In this document: in pieces, positions 39,861-52,900 of the stretch
Layout of the letters: each line of letters begins with the position of its first letter
Numbering within the stretch: position 1 is the stretch's first letter
Assembly (NCBI GenBank): GCA_963931215.1
Contig: OZ006989.1
Span: forward strand, 1,183,816-1,247,815
Source of the DNA: Prevotella sp. CAG:755
GTDB lineage: Bacteria; Bacteroidota; Bacteroidia; Bacteroidales; Bacteroidaceae
DNA length: 64,000 bases
Reading direction: 5' to 3'
Made by a program: the position numbers and the translations under genes
The notes under the pieces: generated by a model
The model's database searches: none
Seen by the model: only the letters and a program-made list of their open reading frames with translations
What the model was told of the DNA's origin: nothing

Positions 39861-40823
39861 ATGAAAAAAGACGTTGTGCTCACCCTGTCATGCGGTGGAG
39901 CACGCGGGCTGGCTCACATCGGCGCCATCCACGCACTCGAAGCCCGAGGCTACCGCATACGCGCTGTGGCGGGTTGTTCAATCGGCTCTGTGGTCGGTGC
40001 TTTCTATGCGATGGGACGGCTCGACGCCCTCGAAAGCTTCATGCGGACTGTCTCGACGGAAAACATGGCCAACTATCTCGACTTCACCCTGACCGAGCAA
40101 GGTTTCATCAGGGGTGGACGTTTCATCGAAAAGCTGAAAGAACTTGCCCCCGACTGCGCCATCGAGTCGCTGCCCGTCAGGTTGTCCATCGTGGCGGCCA
40201 ATCTCACGACCGGCCGCGCCGAAGTGTTCACGCGAGGCAGCGTCTACGAAGCTATCCGTGCCTCAATAGCCATCCCGGCCGTGCTGACACCCGTGGAAAA
40301 AGAAGGCGTGCGGCTCGTAGACGGCAGTGTGGTCAACCCGATTCCGGTCGACCTGGCCCTTCCCGGCCGCCGCGAACTTAGCGTCGCCGTCAACCTTTAC
40401 GCCTACGGTAACGAGAACATAGCCAACCGTCCGCACACGCACGGCACCAAGGCTCCGACACCCATAGCCTACCTGCGAGAGAAATATAAGGCAGTACGCT
40501 CGTGGCGCACGAACCTGCTGGACAACGTTTTCAGCAATTCGGGCGGCCCGGCCGGATACGTGGGCACAATCCGCTCGATCTTCGACCTGATGACGCAACG
40601 CCTCATCGCGCAAACCTTGGCGGCACACCCGGTGGACGTTGTTGTCGAAGTGCCCATGCTGTGCGCTTCGGTGTTCGACTTCCCGCAGGCCGACGCTCTC
40701 ATCCGTCTCGGACACAAACAGGCCGACTGCGCACTGAACGAATTTGAAAAGCACCGCCCACGGCTCCTCAGCCTGCCTTGGAGCCGGAGAAAGAAGCACC
40801 GGGGGGACACGAATCGGATTTAA
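39861..40823 (+). CDS. Patatin-like phospholipase
   Basis: SCGGARGLAHIG, GCSIG (GxSxG), DGSVVNP. Confidence 0.9.
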   Translation: MKKDVVLTLSCGGARGLAHIGAIHALEARGYRIRAVAGCSIGSVVGAFYAMGRLDALESFMRTVSTENMANYLDFTLTEQGFIRGGRFIEKLKELAPDCAIESLPVRLSIVAANLTTGRAEVFTRGSVYEAIRASIAIPAVLTPVEKEGVRLVDGSVVNPIPVDLALPGRRELSVAVNLYAYGNENIANRPHTHGTKAPTPIAYLREKYKAVRSWRTNLLDNVFSNSGGPAGYVGTIRSIFDLMTQRLIAQTLAAHPVDVVVEVPMLCASVFDFPQADALIRLGHKQADCALNEFEKHRPRLLSLPWSRRKKHRGDTNRI

Positions 40824-40848
40824 TTCGTACCTTTGCAGCCACTAAGGA

Positions 40849-41214
40849 ACAGGAGGCCGGTCTGCCGCGTGCGTCCCAGTGGCGCAGGAGGAAAGTCCGG
40901 GCAACACAGGGCAATCCGCTTCCTAACGGGAAGTCGTCCGCAAGGGTGAGCGAAGGCAGAAGAAAACAACCGCCGGCGCCACACGGCGTCGGTAAGGGTG
41001 AGAAGGTGGGGTAAGAGCCCACCGGCTGCATGGCGACATGCAGGCCGTGCCTGCCGGATGTTGAAAGTTCATGTAAACCGGCGACTGAGGGTGACCCGCC
41101 CGAGCAATGCGCCGGAGGGTAGAACGATAGAGCCTGTCGGCGACGGCAGGCCCGGATAAATGGCAGACACCGTCCAATACGGGCGGTACAGAACCCGGCT
41201 TACAGGCCTCCTGT
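40849..41214 (+). ncRNA. rnpB: RNase P RNA
   Basis: GAGGAAAGTCCGGGC, ACAGAACCCGGCTTAC, P1 ACAGGAGGCC/GGCCTCCTGT; TACCTTTG box upstream. Confidence 0.95.
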
Positions 41215-41408
41215 CCTTTTTTACGCACAAAGCGCGACAGTGTCCGCATTCCTGGACGCCATCGCGCTTTTCCATTTCCAGATTCAGCCGTACACGTCGG
41301 CCGAGGCGGGCAGACAAACCGCAGTAACAGAAAATCCTGTCGCCCTGACAGTTTTTTCTGTCACTGCGACAGGATTTTCCAAGCCTGCATTCCAGTGGGG
41401 CAATCCGC

Positions 41409-42683
41409 TCAACGGATCATATCGCAGCCCATATAGGGTTGCAGAGCCTTGGGGATGCGTATGCCGTCAGGCGTCTGGAAGTCTTCGAGCAAAGCAGCCA
41501 CCACGCGCGGCAGGGCGAGCGCCGACCCGTTCAGCGTGTGGCAGAGCTCGATCTTCTTGTCCGCACGTCGGTAGCGGCAGTGCAGACGGTTGGCCTGGTA
41601 CGTATCGAAATTAGACACGGAACTTACTTCCAGCCAACGCTTCTGCGCTTCGCTATACACCTCAAAGTCATAGCACAAGGCCGCCGTGAAACTGATGTCG
41701 CCGCCACATAGCCTCAGGATTCGATACGGCAATTCGAGCTTGACAAGCAAGTTTTCAACATGGTCGAGCATCTCCTGATGCGACTGTGCCGAGTGCTCAG
41801 GCTTATCGATGCGGACGAGTTCGATTTTCGAGAACTCGTGCAGGCGGTTAAGGCCGCGCACGTCCTTTCCATAGGAGCCGGCCTCGCGGCGGAAACATTG
41901 CGTGTAGGCGCAGTTCTTGACCGGAAGGTCTTTCTCGTCGAGGATTTCGTCGCGGTATATGTTCGTCACGGGCACCTCGGCCGTCGGGATCAGGTAGAGG
42001 TCATCCAAGTCACAGTGATACATCTGCCCTTCTTTGTCGGGCAACTGGCCGGTGCCGTAACCCGACGCTGCGTTGACCACAGTGGGAGGCATGATTTCCG
42101 TGTAGCCGGCGGCACGGGCCTCATCAAGGAAAAAGTCGATCAGCGCACGCTGCAAACGGGCGCCTTGGCCTATGTAAACAGGGAAACCGGCACCTGTGAT
42201 TTTCACACCGAGGTCAAAGTCTATCAGGTTGTACTTCTTGGCAAGTTCCCAGTGCGGCAGCGGATTTTCGGGCAGCACGGTGTCGTGCCCGCCCGTTTTG
42301 ACAACGAGGTTGTCCTCCGCCCCGTTGCCTTCGGGCACAATGTCGTAGGGCACGTTCGGTATGGTGTAGAGCAGCTGGTTCATGTCAGCCTCAGCCGTCG
42401 CCATCCTGGCTTCGAGCTCCTTAGTCTTCACTTTGATGTCCGCCACTTTCTGCTTGGCAGCTTCGGCGTCTGCTGCTTTGCCTTCCTTCATGAGAGCGCC
42501 GATGCTTTTCGACAGCGCCTTCACCTCTGCAAGGCAACTGTCGAGTTCAGCTTGCGCCGCCTTGCGCGCATTGTTGAAAGAGAGCACCTGTTCGATACAT
42601 TCGCGCGCACCGCCGAAATGCTTTTTTTCAAGCCCGCGGATGACGGCTTCCTTATCGTCTGTGATTTGTTTGATAGTAAGCAT
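41409..42683 (-). CDS. serS: Serine--tRNA ligase
   Basis: LIPTAEVP, FRREAGSYG, RLHEFSK, EVSS, HTLNGS. Confidence 0.96.
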   Translation of the reverse strand: MLTIKQITDDKEAVIRGLEKKHFGGARECIEQVLSFNNARKAAQAELDSCLAEVKALSKSIGALMKEGKAADAEAAKQKVADIKVKTKELEARMATAEADMNQLLYTIPNVPYDIVPEGNGAEDNLVVKTGGHDTVLPENPLPHWELAKKYNLIDFDLGVKITGAGFPVYIGQGARLQRALIDFFLDEARAAGYTEIMPPTVVNAASGYGTGQLPDKEGQMYHCDLDDLYLIPTAEVPVTNIYRDEILDEKDLPVKNCAYTQCFRREAGSYGKDVRGLNRLHEFSKIELVRIDKPEHSAQSHQEMLDHVENLLVKLELPYRILRLCGGDISFTAALCYDFEVYSEAQKRWLEVSSVSNFDTYQANRLHCRYRRADKKIELCHTLNGSALALPRVVAALLEDFQTPDGIRIPKALQPYMGCDMIR

Positions 42684-42783
42684 AACTCTTGTTGTAGCTT
42701 TTAGACATATTTAAAATTATGGGACAAAAGTACGGATTTATTTTTGATAAAACGTTACCTTTGCCTGACTTACGACTGAGCCT

Positions 42784-43608
42784 ATGCTAACTTTTCCTCC
42801 GGCTAAAATCAATCTCGGCCTATACGTGGTGGAGAAACGTCCCGACGGCTATCATAATCTGGAGACGGTTTTCTACCCTATCCCGCTGTGTGACACGCTC
42901 GAGACAAAGCCACTGCTCCACTCCAACGCGCCCTACGCCTTCCAGCAAGTCGGACTGCGGATCGACGGTGAAGCGGCGGACAACCTCGTCGTACGGGTCT
43001 ACCTCTCGATGAAGGAAGAATTCGGCCTCCCAGCCCTCGACATCTACATGGACAAGCACATCCCCACCGGTGCCGGGTTGGGCGGAGGAAGCAGCGACGC
43101 GGCTCACATGATGAAGCAACTGAACGAGCAGTTCAGCCTCGGACTGAGCGCGACGGAAATGGAACGGCGGCTTTCGGCCTTTGGGGCCGACTGTCCGTTC
43201 TTCGTGCGCGAACGCCCCGTCCTTGCGACCGGCATCGGCGACAGGTTCACGCCCCTCACACTCTCGCTGAAAGGGTGGACGCTCCTGCTCATCAAGCCTC
43301 CGGTCCACGTTTCCACTCGCGAAGCCTACGCCGGCGTGACACCCCGGCGTCCCGACACGGAATTGGCCGACGTCATCGCGCGCCCTGTGACGGAATGGCG
43401 CGGCCGCCTCGGCAACGACTTTGAGGAAAGCGTCTTTGCGGCGCATCCCGAAATCGCAGCCATCAAGCAGACGCTCTACGACTTCGGCGCCGTTTATGCC
43501 GCCATGAGCGGCAGCGGCAGTGCGGTCTTCGGGCTGTTCTCCCATCCGGTCGAAAGCGCCAAAGTGGTGTTCAAAGATTGCTTTGTCTTCCAACAACGCC
43601 TCAGATGA
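42784..43608 (+). CDS. ispE: 4-diphosphocytidyl-2-C-methyl-D-erythritol kinase
   Basis: PAKINLGL, KHIPTGAGLGGGSSDAA, GADCPFF, MSGSGS. Confidence 0.95.
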   Translation: MLTFPPAKINLGLYVVEKRPDGYHNLETVFYPIPLCDTLETKPLLHSNAPYAFQQVGLRIDGEAADNLVVRVYLSMKEEFGLPALDIYMDKHIPTGAGLGGGSSDAAHMMKQLNEQFSLGLSATEMERRLSAFGADCPFFVRERPVLATGIGDRFTPLTLSLKGWTLLLIKPPVHVSTREAYAGVTPRRPDTELADVIARPVTEWRGRLGNDFEESVFAAHPEIAAIKQTLYDFGAVYAAMSGSGSAVFGLFSHPVESAKVVFKDCFVFQQRLR

Positions 43609-44501
43609 ACGCGATTTTCTATTTCAGCGGCACGGGGAACAGCCGCTACGTGGCGCAGACCCTGGCACGCCTGACGGGCGATGCCCTCTACGACATGGCG
43701 CAAGCTTCCGACACCGTCCGCGGCGCCCTGCGCTACGACCGCATCGGCTGGGTCTTCCCCGTCCATGCCTGGGGGCTGCCCCGCTGGGTGCGCCGCTTCA
43801 TGCAGTCGCTCCCTGACGGCTTCGCCGCGCCGGAAGCCTACGTCTACGGTGTCATGACTTGCGGCGACGACATCGGACTGGCCGACAGGGAACTCCGTTC
43901 AGTCTTGCAGACCAAGGGGATGGCCCTGCGTGCCGTCTTCTCAGTGCAGATGCCCAACACCTATGTCTGCCTCCCGGGTTTCGACGTCGACAGCGAAGCA
44001 GTCGCCGGGCATAAACTCGACGCATCTCGCCTCACGCTCGACGCCATCGCGGCCGACATCCTATCCGCCCGCCGGGGCGTCAGCCGCGTCACTCCCGGCA
44101 GCATGCCTTGGGTGAAGTCGTGTGTACTCAGACCGCTGTTCAACCGTTTCTTTGTCACCGACCGCTATTTCCACGCCCAACCTTCGTGCAACGGCTGCCA
44201 CGCATGCAGCGCCCACTGCCCCGTACGGAACATCCGGCACCGGCCCGACGGACGCCCCGAGTGGCTCGGACACTGCACGGGCTGCCTGGCCTGCTACCAC
44301 ACCTGTCCGCAACACGCCGTCCGGTTCGGGCACGCCACCCGGCATAAAGGACAATACACCTGCCCCACCAACGGGCAGTCCCGGCGCAGTGACCGGAAAA
44401 ACGAAACGGCTGACAGAAACGTCCCGACGGCTGACAGGAAGAACGGCCAGTGCTCCCGTCATTTATCCGACCATACCCAATCCATCATACATAAACCTTA
44501 A
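43605..44501 (+). CDS. EFR1-family flavodoxin-ferredoxin protein
   Basis: YFSGTGNS, FPVHAWG, two CxxCxxCxxxCP 4Fe-4S motifs. Confidence 0.88.
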   Translation: MNAIFYFSGTGNSRYVAQTLARLTGDALYDMAQASDTVRGALRYDRIGWVFPVHAWGLPRWVRRFMQSLPDGFAAPEAYVYGVMTCGDDIGLADRELRSVLQTKGMALRAVFSVQMPNTYVCLPGFDVDSEAVAGHKLDASRLTLDAIAADILSARRGVSRVTPGSMPWVKSCVLRPLFNRFFVTDRYFHAQPSCNGCHACSAHCPVRNIRHRPDGRPEWLGHCTGCLACYHTCPQHAVRFGHATRHKGQYTCPTNGQSRRSDRKNETADRNVPTADRKNGQCSRHLSDHTQSIIHKP

Positions 44502-44517
44502 ACCCATCAGACGCATC

Positions 44518-46854
44518 ATGAAGAAAACCCCACTACTCATCGCGACATTCCTGCTGGCCTGCGGATTGCCGGCCGGCGCACAGTCCGTCGCGCTCAACAT
44601 TGTCCCCACGCCACAGGAAATCGTGCACGGAACGGGCCATTTCACCTTGGCTCCGACCACCACGGTCGTCCCCGAAGGAAAGGGAGCCAAAGACGTGGCC
44701 GAAAGCCTCATCGCCCGTCTTAATGCCGCCACCGGCTACGACATCCAAATGGCCAAAAAGCCGAGCGCAGGCTCCATTGTGCTGAAAATAGACAAATCCG
44801 GTTTCAAGCCCGAAGCCTACCGCCTCGTCGTAGGCCAGCCGGGCGTCGAAATCACCGCCAGCACAGACCGCGGCCTATTCTATGCCACACAGAGCCTCAT
44901 GCAACTTTTCCCGCCACAGATCGAAGCCGCCACGCCGCAGGCAGGCGTCAAGACCTGGACAGCCCCCGCCGTTGTCATCAACGACGAGCCGCGTTTCCCC
45001 TACCGTGGCATCATGCTTGACCCCTGCCGCCACTTCATCCCTGTCGACGTGATGAAGAAGCAAATCGACATGCTCTCGCACTACAAGATTAACACGCTCC
45101 ACTGGCACTTGACCGACGACCAGGGATGGCGCGTCGAAATCAAGAAATATCCGAAGCTGACAGAGGTCGGCGCATGGCGGACGGAGGGCGACGGAAGCCG
45201 TCATGGCGGCTTCTACACACAAGACGAGGTGAAAGACATTGTAGCCTACGCCGCAGCCCGCCATGTCGAAATCATCCCCGAGCTGGAAATCCCGGGTCAT
45301 GAACTGGCCGCCATTGCAGCCTATCCGTGGCTGTCGTGCCGGGGCGACTCCATCACGCCCCGCATCATCTGGGGCGTCGAAGATGTCGTCATGTGTCCCG
45401 GAAAGGAAACCACATTCGACTTCCTCGAAGATGTAATCGACGAACTCGCCCCACTCTTCCCGAGCAAGTACTTCCACATCGGCGGCGATGAGAGTCCCCG
45501 CATCGAGTGGGAACTATGCCCGAACTGTCAGAAGCTGATCAGCAAACTGGGTTACGTCGACGAGAAAGGCCGCCCCAAAGAAGCACAACTCCAAAGCTAT
45601 GTCGTAAGCCGCGTGGAAAAGTACCTTGAAAAGAAAGGCAAACGCATCATCGGCTGGGACGAGATCCTCGAAGGCGGAAACCTCAACAAGACGGCAACCA
45701 TCATGTCCTGGCGCGGCGAAGACGGCGGCATCGCCGCCGCACGCGCCGGCCACAACGTCATCATGACGCCCAGCAGCCACGGGCTGTATATCAATTTCTA
45801 CCAAGGAGACCCGAACGTGGAGCAAACCTGTATCGGCGGGAACTCTTACCTCGAACGCGTTTACAAGTACGACCCTGTGCCCAAAGTGCTTTCTGCCAAT
45901 CACGCCGATCGCTACGTACTAGGCGTACAGGGTAACCTCTGGGCGGAATACATCCACACGCAGGGGCAACTCGAAAACCTGCTCTACCCTCGCGCACTGG
46001 CGGTGGCCGAAATCGGCTGGACGATGCCGGGCCGCAAGAACTACACCGACTTTGTCCGCCGTATCGACACCGACGCAGCCCTGCGCCTGCAAGCCCACGG
46101 CATCGGTTTCCACATCCCCCTGCCTGAGCAACCGGGCGGTTCGTGCAGCCATCTGGCGTTCAGCGACACAACACACGTTACGCTGAGCACGACACGCCCC
46201 GAAAAGATAGTCTACACGCTCGACGGCAGCCAGCCGACGGCGTCGTCGACGACCTACACCGGACCTATCGTCCTGACACAAAGCAGCACGATCAAAGCGG
46301 CCGTCATCCTGCCATGCGGACTCATGAGCCCCGTCCGCACCATTGAGGCAGACAAGCAAGTACCCGCTCCGGCTGTCACGTTCGACCGCACACCGCGCAA
46401 AGGACTCGACCTGCGCCTGGCTAACGGCGACTTCATGTATGTAGCTGACCTCGACACGGTCAAGCACTGGTATCACAAGGCTGCCGCCACCATTGAGGCA
46501 GTCCGCTCGCAAACGCTCGTCCCGGGCAACGTCCGTGACGTCGAGAACTACGCCGCCGTAGCCGAAGGCTATGTCTACATACCGGAAGACGGCATTTACG
46601 AATTCTCGACCACCAACACGCAGTTCTGGATCGACGGTGTGAAACTCATCGACAACGACAGCGACCGCATCAAGCGCCAAAGCCGCGAGAACGCCCAACG
46701 CGTACTGGCCAAAGGCTTCCACCCGATCAAGGTCATCTTCACCGGAGGCATCTATGGCGGATACCCGACCTACTGGAACGACGGGAAAGTGAACTTCCGC
46801 ACCCCGGGCGGGAAATGGCAAGCCATCACGGCCGACATGCTCTTCCGCAAATAA
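44518..46854 (+). CDS. GH20 beta-N-acetylhexosaminidase with Fn3-like and PA14-like C-terminal domains
   Basis: Signal peptide, YRGIMLDPCRHF, HWHLTDDQGWR, PELEIPGH, HIGGDE, GWDE, YPR. Confidence 0.92.
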   Translation: MKKTPLLIATFLLACGLPAGAQSVALNIVPTPQEIVHGTGHFTLAPTTTVVPEGKGAKDVAESLIARLNAATGYDIQMAKKPSAGSIVLKIDKSGFKPEAYRLVVGQPGVEITASTDRGLFYATQSLMQLFPPQIEAATPQAGVKTWTAPAVVINDEPRFPYRGIMLDPCRHFIPVDVMKKQIDMLSHYKINTLHWHLTDDQGWRVEIKKYPKLTEVGAWRTEGDGSRHGGFYTQDEVKDIVAYAAARHVEIIPELEIPGHELAAIAAYPWLSCRGDSITPRIIWGVEDVVMCPGKETTFDFLEDVIDELAPLFPSKYFHIGGDESPRIEWELCPNCQKLISKLGYVDEKGRPKEAQLQSYVVSRVEKYLEKKGKRIIGWDEILEGGNLNKTATIMSWRGEDGGIAAARAGHNVIMTPSSHGLYINFYQGDPNVEQTCIGGNSYLERVYKYDPVPKVLSANHADRYVLGVQGNLWAEYIHTQGQLENLLYPRALAVAEIGWTMPGRKNYTDFVRRIDTDAALRLQAHGIGFHIPLPEQPGGSCSHLAFSDTTHVTLSTTRPEKIVYTLDGSQPTASSTTYTGPIVLTQSSTIKAAVILPCGLMSPVRTIEADKQVPAPAVTFDRTPRKGLDLRLANGDFMYVADLDTVKHWYHKAAATIEAVRSQTLVPGNVRDVENYAAVAEGYVYIPEDGIYEFSTTNTQFWIDGVKLIDNDSDRIKRQSRENAQRVLAKGFHPIKVIFTGGIYGGYPTYWNDGKVNFRTPGGKWQAITADMLFRK

Positions 46855-47233
46855 TCACCGTCCCCCCTGACGGCCTACGCACACAACCGCCGCCCCTCCG
46901 CATGAGGAGCGGCGGTTTTTTATCCGCTCATCAAGCGGAGACCAGAACAGTTTCCAGGACGGGAAGATGCAAGGTGGTTTACTCAGGTCGTCAATTTGAC
47001 TTCACGCATAGTCCACGCCCTACATTTCACACATTAGCATAAAACTTTTGTCAGTTATCCGACTTTTTGCCGCGATATAAAGAAAACGCCTTATATTTCC
47101 ACAATAGAACCAGTCAGAAACGACCAACATTCCAACAGGCGGCCAACTTCTCCCGCCGTCGTTTTGGTCGCAGCCACATTTTTTACTACCTTTGCCCGAC
47201 ACTACGATTAGAAACAGAAACGACTTTCAAGTC

Positions 47234-49867
47234 ATGGAGTTAGCAGCAAAATACAATCCCGAAGAAGTAGAGAATAAGTGGTACCAGTATTGGATGGACC
47301 ACAAGATGTTCAGTTCAAAACCCGACAACCGGCAGCCGTTCACCGTAGTCATCCCTCCGCCCAACGTGACGGGCGTCCTACACATGGGACACATGCTCAA
47401 CGAAACGATTCAGGACATCCTTGTCCGTCGGGCCCGCCAAGAGGGGAAAAACGCATGCTGGGTACCAGGCACAGACCATGCGTCCATCGCCACGGAAGCC
47501 AAGGTGGTGAACCGCTTGGCTGAACAGGGCATCAAGAAAGCGGACCTCACGCGTGAAGAGTTCCTCAAACACGCTTGGGACTGGACCGACGAACACGGCG
47601 GCATCATCCTTAAACAACTGCGGCGCGTCGGCGCATCATGCGACTGGGACCGCACGGCCTTCACCATGGACGAAACACGCTCGAAAAGCGTCATCAAGGT
47701 ATTCGTAGACCTTTATAAAAAAGGCCTTATCTACCGCGGCGTCCGCATGGTCAACTGGGACCCGAAAGCCCAAACAGCCCTATCAGACGAGGAAGTGATC
47801 TACAAGGAAGAGCACAGCAAACTCTATTACCTCCGCTATATGGTGGACGACCCGCAAGCCAACGGAGCCTATGCGGTCGTAGCCACCACGCGTCCAGAAA
47901 CCATTATGGGCGACACGGCCATGTGCATCAACCCCAACGATCCGAAAAACCAGTGGCTCCGCGGCAAACGGGTGATCGTCCCCCTCGTCGGCCGCTCCAT
48001 TCCGGTCATCGAAGACGAATACGTAGATATCGAATTCGGCACGGGATGCCTCAAAGTGACGCCCGCCCATGACGTCAACGACTACATGCTCGGCGAGAAA
48101 CATAATCTCGAAAGCATTGACATCTTCAACGACGACGGCACACTCAGTCAAGCCGCCGGCCTCTACGTCGGCATGGACCGTTTCGAGGTGCGCAAGCAAA
48201 TCGAGAAAGACCTGGAAGCTGCCGGACTGCTCGAAAAAGTAGAACCGTACACGAACAACGTAGGATTCAGCGAACGCACCAACGTGCCCATCGAGCCCAA
48301 GCTTTCCATGCAGTGGTTCCTTCGCATGCAGCACTTTGCAGAGATCGCCCTTCCGCCAGTCATGAACGACGAAATCAAGTTCTATCCTGCTAAATACAAA
48401 AACACTTATCGCCACTGGCTGGAAAACATTAAAGACTGGTGCATCAGCCGCCAGCTATGGTGGGGCCACCGCATTCCGGCATACTACCTTCCGAACGGCG
48501 GTTACGTCGTGGCCGAAACTCCGGAAGAGGCGCTCAAATTGGCCATCGAAAAAACGGGAGACAGCTCGCTGACAATCAACGACCTGCGGCAAGACGAAGA
48601 CGCCCTCGACACATGGTTCTCGTCCTGGCTCTGGCCCATCTCGCTCTTCAACGGCATCCTCGAACCGGGCAACGCGGAATTCAGCTACTATTACCCGACG
48701 AGCGACCTCGTCACCGGCCCCGACATCCTCTTCTTCTGGGTGGCCCGCATGATTATGGCCGGATATGAGTACGCCGATAAGCCGCCTTTCCGCAATGTCT
48801 ACTTCACCGGAATTGTCCGCGACAAGATTGGCCGCAAGATGTCGAAATCGTTGGGTAACTCACCCGATCCCCTCGCACTCATCGACAAGTTCGGGGCCGA
48901 CGGCGTACGCATGGGCATCATGCTGGCCGCACCGGCCGGCAACGACATCCTCTTCGACGAAGCCCTTTGCGAGCAAGGCCGTAACTTCTGCAATAAAATC
49001 TGGAATGCTTTCCGCCTGATCAAAGGCTGGGAAGTGGCTGACACTGAACAGCCCGAGACCGCACGGGTGGCCACCCAATGGTTCGCGGCGCAAATCCACA
49101 AGAGCCAAGCCGCCATCGACGACCTCTTCTCGAAGTACCGCCTGAGCGAAGCGCTCATGGAGACATACCGCCTCTTCTGGGACGAGTTCTCGAACTGGTA
49201 TCTCGAAATGGTGAAGCCCGCCTACGGCAGCCCAATCGACCGGAAGACCTACGAGCAATCCCTCCGGTTCTTCGAGACGCTTGTCCAGATGCTCCACCCA
49301 TTCATGCCGTTCATCACCGAAGAGCTCTGGCAAAACTTGGCAGGACGCCGCGAAGGCGAGACGATTATGACTGTTCCCATCGCTCATACCCAACCAACAG
49401 CATCAGAACTGGACCTCGTAGGGCGCATCGAGGAGGTGAAAGCTATCGTCACGAACGTACGCAGCATCCGCAGCCAGAAAGGCCTCTCGCCCAAGGAACC
49501 GCTCACGCTGGAAATCGTAGACGAGGAAGCCGTAGCCGAATTCGAAGCGGTCATCGCCAAGATGGCCAACATCGACACGTTCAGCCGCGTGTCCACCAAA
49601 AGCGACGGGGCTTCGGCTTTCATGGTCGGCACACTTCAACTGGCCGTTCCATTAGGCAGCCTCATCGATGTAGATGCCGAAAAAGCCAAGATCGAAGCCG
49701 AGCTGGAACACTTGGAAAAATTCCTCGCAGGCATCAGGAAAAAGCTCTCGAACGAAAAATTCGTGGCTAACGCACCCGAAAAAGTAGTCGAACTGGAACG
49801 CAAGAAAGAGAAAGACTCCGAAGAAAAAATCAAGTCGCTCAAAGAAACTTTACAGGGACTCAAATAA
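47234..49867 (+). CDS. valS: Valine--tRNA ligase
   Basis: [36 protein letters not shown], coiled-coil tail. Confidence 0.97.
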   Translation: MELAAKYNPEEVENKWYQYWMDHKMFSSKPDNRQPFTVVIPPPNVTGVLHMGHMLNETIQDILVRRARQEGKNACWVPGTDHASIATEAKVVNRLAEQGIKKADLTREEFLKHAWDWTDEHGGIILKQLRRVGASCDWDRTAFTMDETRSKSVIKVFVDLYKKGLIYRGVRMVNWDPKAQTALSDEEVIYKEEHSKLYYLRYMVDDPQANGAYAVVATTRPETIMGDTAMCINPNDPKNQWLRGKRVIVPLVGRSIPVIEDEYVDIEFGTGCLKVTPAHDVNDYMLGEKHNLESIDIFNDDGTLSQAAGLYVGMDRFEVRKQIEKDLEAAGLLEKVEPYTNNVGFSERTNVPIEPKLSMQWFLRMQHFAEIALPPVMNDEIKFYPAKYKNTYRHWLENIKDWCISRQLWWGHRIPAYYLPNGGYVVAETPEEALKLAIEKTGDSSLTINDLRQDEDALDTWFSSWLWPISLFNGILEPGNAEFSYYYPTSDLVTGPDILFFWVARMIMAGYEYADKPPFRNVYFTGIVRDKIGRKMSKSLGNSPDPLALIDKFGADGVRMGIMLAAPAGNDILFDEALCEQGRNFCNKIWNAFRLIKGWEVADTEQPETARVATQWFAAQIHKSQAAIDDLFSKYRLSEALMETYRLFWDEFSNWYLEMVKPAYGSPIDRKTYEQSLRFFETLVQMLHPFMPFITEELWQNLAGRREGETIMTVPIAHTQPTASELDLVGRIEEVKAIVTNVRSIRSQKGLSPKEPLTLEIVDEEAVAEFEAVIAKMANIDTFSRVSTKSDGASAFMVGTLQLAVPLGSLIDVDAEKAKIEAELEHLEKFLAGIRKKLSNEKFVANAPEKVVELERKKEKDSEEKIKSLKETLQGLK

Positions 49868-49903
49868 GGCACATATCCAACAAACAATTTTAATGTATAA
49901 TCT

Positions 49904-52900
49904 ATGAAACGACACGTTATCCCCGTTTGCCTGCTGTGGGCGATGGGCGGGCTGTGCACGGTCCCCGCATATGCGGACGAAGTGTACACTATCTACCCCG
50001 TCCCGCAGGAACAGATTGCCGTCGACGGCCAAGTTTCGCTCACCCCGACCGTCAACATCGTCTGTGACCCCACGATTGACCAATACACCAAAGACAGAGC
50101 ACAGGAGGTTTTGACAGCGCACGGCATCACGGTAAGCTTCACCGATGCCGCTGTGTCAGGACAGACGAACATTTACTTAGGCGTGGCCGGCTCGGAAGGC
50201 GTGGCCGACCAGAAAGCGACAGAACTTGGAATCGACCGTAGCGTACTGACTAAGGCCGGAAAATTCGACCGGCACATTGTCTCGCTGACCTCAGACGGGG
50301 CCAACGCCCAACTAGTCATTCTTGGCGAGAACACAGATGCCACGTTTTACGGCCTCGCCAGCCTCGAACAAATGCTCGACAAGGGCACAGAAAACCTGCC
50401 CTGCGTCACCATCAATGACTACGCCGACCAGCAGTCGCGCGGACTCGTCGAGGGATATTACGGCTACCCCTACTCGGTTGCCGTAAAGAAAGACATCATG
50501 AAGTTCATGGCCCGCTACAAGCTCAACACCTACCTCTATGGAGCCAAAAGCGACCCTTATCACTCCGGCTATTACCTCGATCCCTACCCGACGACCATCA
50601 CCGAACAACAGGAGAAGAACGGCTGGCTCACCCAAGATATGTTCAAGGAACTGACCTCCACGGCACATGCCACGAAAGTCAGCTTCATCTGGGCCATCCA
50701 CCCGGGACTTAATACGAAGACCGACCAAGACGTCACCGACGTAATGAACAAGTTCAAGCTCATGTACGACTTGGGTGTCCGCCAGTTCGGCGTGTTCACC
50801 GATGACGCCGGCGGCTACGACAACCCCGACAACTTCCCGCTCTACACGCAGTTCTTCACCAACCTGCAAAACCAGATAGACGCCACATGGAACACACCAG
50901 GCGCTGCTCCGGCCGACACGGTCAAGCCGCTTCATTATGTACCGCACGTCTATAACCTCACTTGGACCAACCAGGCCAACCGTCAGGCTTACTTCAAGGC
51001 CCTCTCGGAAATTCCGGAAAAGATCGTGTTCTACACTACCGGTTATGGCGTATGGACAGTGCCTAACAATAACGACCTCAACACGATGAAGAACGAGTTC
51101 GGCCGCGACGTGGCATGGTGGTGGAACTACCCCTGCAACGATAATGGCCGTTCTGACAGCCAGATATTCCCCTCGGACATGTACTCGAACTTTATCGACA
51201 TGACGCAGGTCAACGACAATTCGCGCATGCCGACGTCGCTCGAACACTGTGCAGGCGTACTCAGCAACCCCATGCAACAGGGTGAGATTTCAAAAATAGC
51301 CCTTTTCAGCGTAGCTGACTACGCATGGAACAACGACGGCTTCGACAACATGAAGAGTTGGGAGGCCGCCATTCCCGCCATCATCAGCGAGGACTACGCT
51401 CCTGCGTTCCGGACACTCGCCCCATACCTGAGGGACAACGACCCGAGCGAACTCACTACCCTCATCCAGCGCTACAAGACCAGCATCGAACGCGGCCAGG
51501 AAGCCGACGCGGCCAGCCTGAAAGCCAAGATGGACGAGATCATCGCCGCCTGTGAGACGGTAGCCGGCATGGAGACCAGCGAAGTCGAGTCAGACCGCCT
51601 CTTCTTCAACGACCTCCGCCCGTGGCTCAACCTTGTCCACGACATGGCCACGACCGTCAATGATTTCCTCGAAGCCAAGGATGTCGACAACCTGACGGAC
51701 AAATGGACAGCCTATCTCGCCGCACAAAAGAAAGCCAACGCCTTCGCCACCGACTCGCGCTACACCGTCGAGACGCTCGAAAGCATGGGCACCGATCCCA
51801 AGGTTGGCCGCTACCAGGTGAACGCATCGGCCGTGACGCTCAAACCGTTCGTTACCGAATGGATGGGCAGCAAGGCCTTCAACGACATGTTCCCCGAGCG
51901 ACAGAGCATCGACGCGCCCACGGCGTACACCACAGCCGACGGCATCACCCCGCCGCGCGTACAGAGCAATCAAGCAGGCGTGTGCATGGCCACGAGCACC
52001 ACTTACACGCTCGCTCCCGGCGACCTGCTGGCCATTCAGCTCGTTGCTCCCGTGCATGTCTATAACCTCACCGTAGCCGACACCGTCTATGACCACTTCG
52101 ACGTTGTCCACTCACAAAACGGAAAGACATGGAACACGCTGGCCAAGGGAGCCGTCCTCGACACCCCCTGCAAGTATATCGGCTTGCGCAACAAAACCAA
52201 CGCTCCCCAACCGCTCCGTCCCAACCGCGCCACGTTCCGGTTCGAAATCCCGCAACCGGCCACAGTGTCCGGAGCCACTATCCCCAGCGGCGAAGTATGG
52301 CAGAACCACACGAGCAACTACCTCTACGACGGCGACTACTCGACGTTCTGTGTCCTCAACCGTAACCAGATCAACAATGACGCCTACCAGATCACGCTCA
52401 GTAAGGCAACACCCGTTTATGACGTCCGCGTTTGCGTCGGCACGACCAACGGCGACTACATGAACTCGGCTTTCGTGCAAACATCCAATGACGGCCAGCG
52501 TTGGACCACGCTCCGCATCAAAGGCACGAACATCACCAATTTTACCATGGAGAACGAGAATGTAGTGAAATACTCCGACGAGATGTCATACTGCGACTTC
52601 GAAGCCGACGGCGACAGCATCAGGTATGTACGCCTTCTTGTCCGCAATGCCAACACAAGCAAGTGGCTCCGCCTCTACGAGATTGAGGTGAACAAACTCT
52701 ACAACGAGTTTGGCGAAGTGCCTACGGCCATGACCAACACCGGTATTGGCGTCACGGAGGTGTTCGACAACCAGCCATCGACCTACTATTCGTCGCCACG
52801 CACAGGCGAACTGACCTACAACTTGCAGCATCCGAACCTCGTGGACAACGTCACCGTATTCGTTGACGCATCGAGCGACTACGACGCTACCGTAACGGCC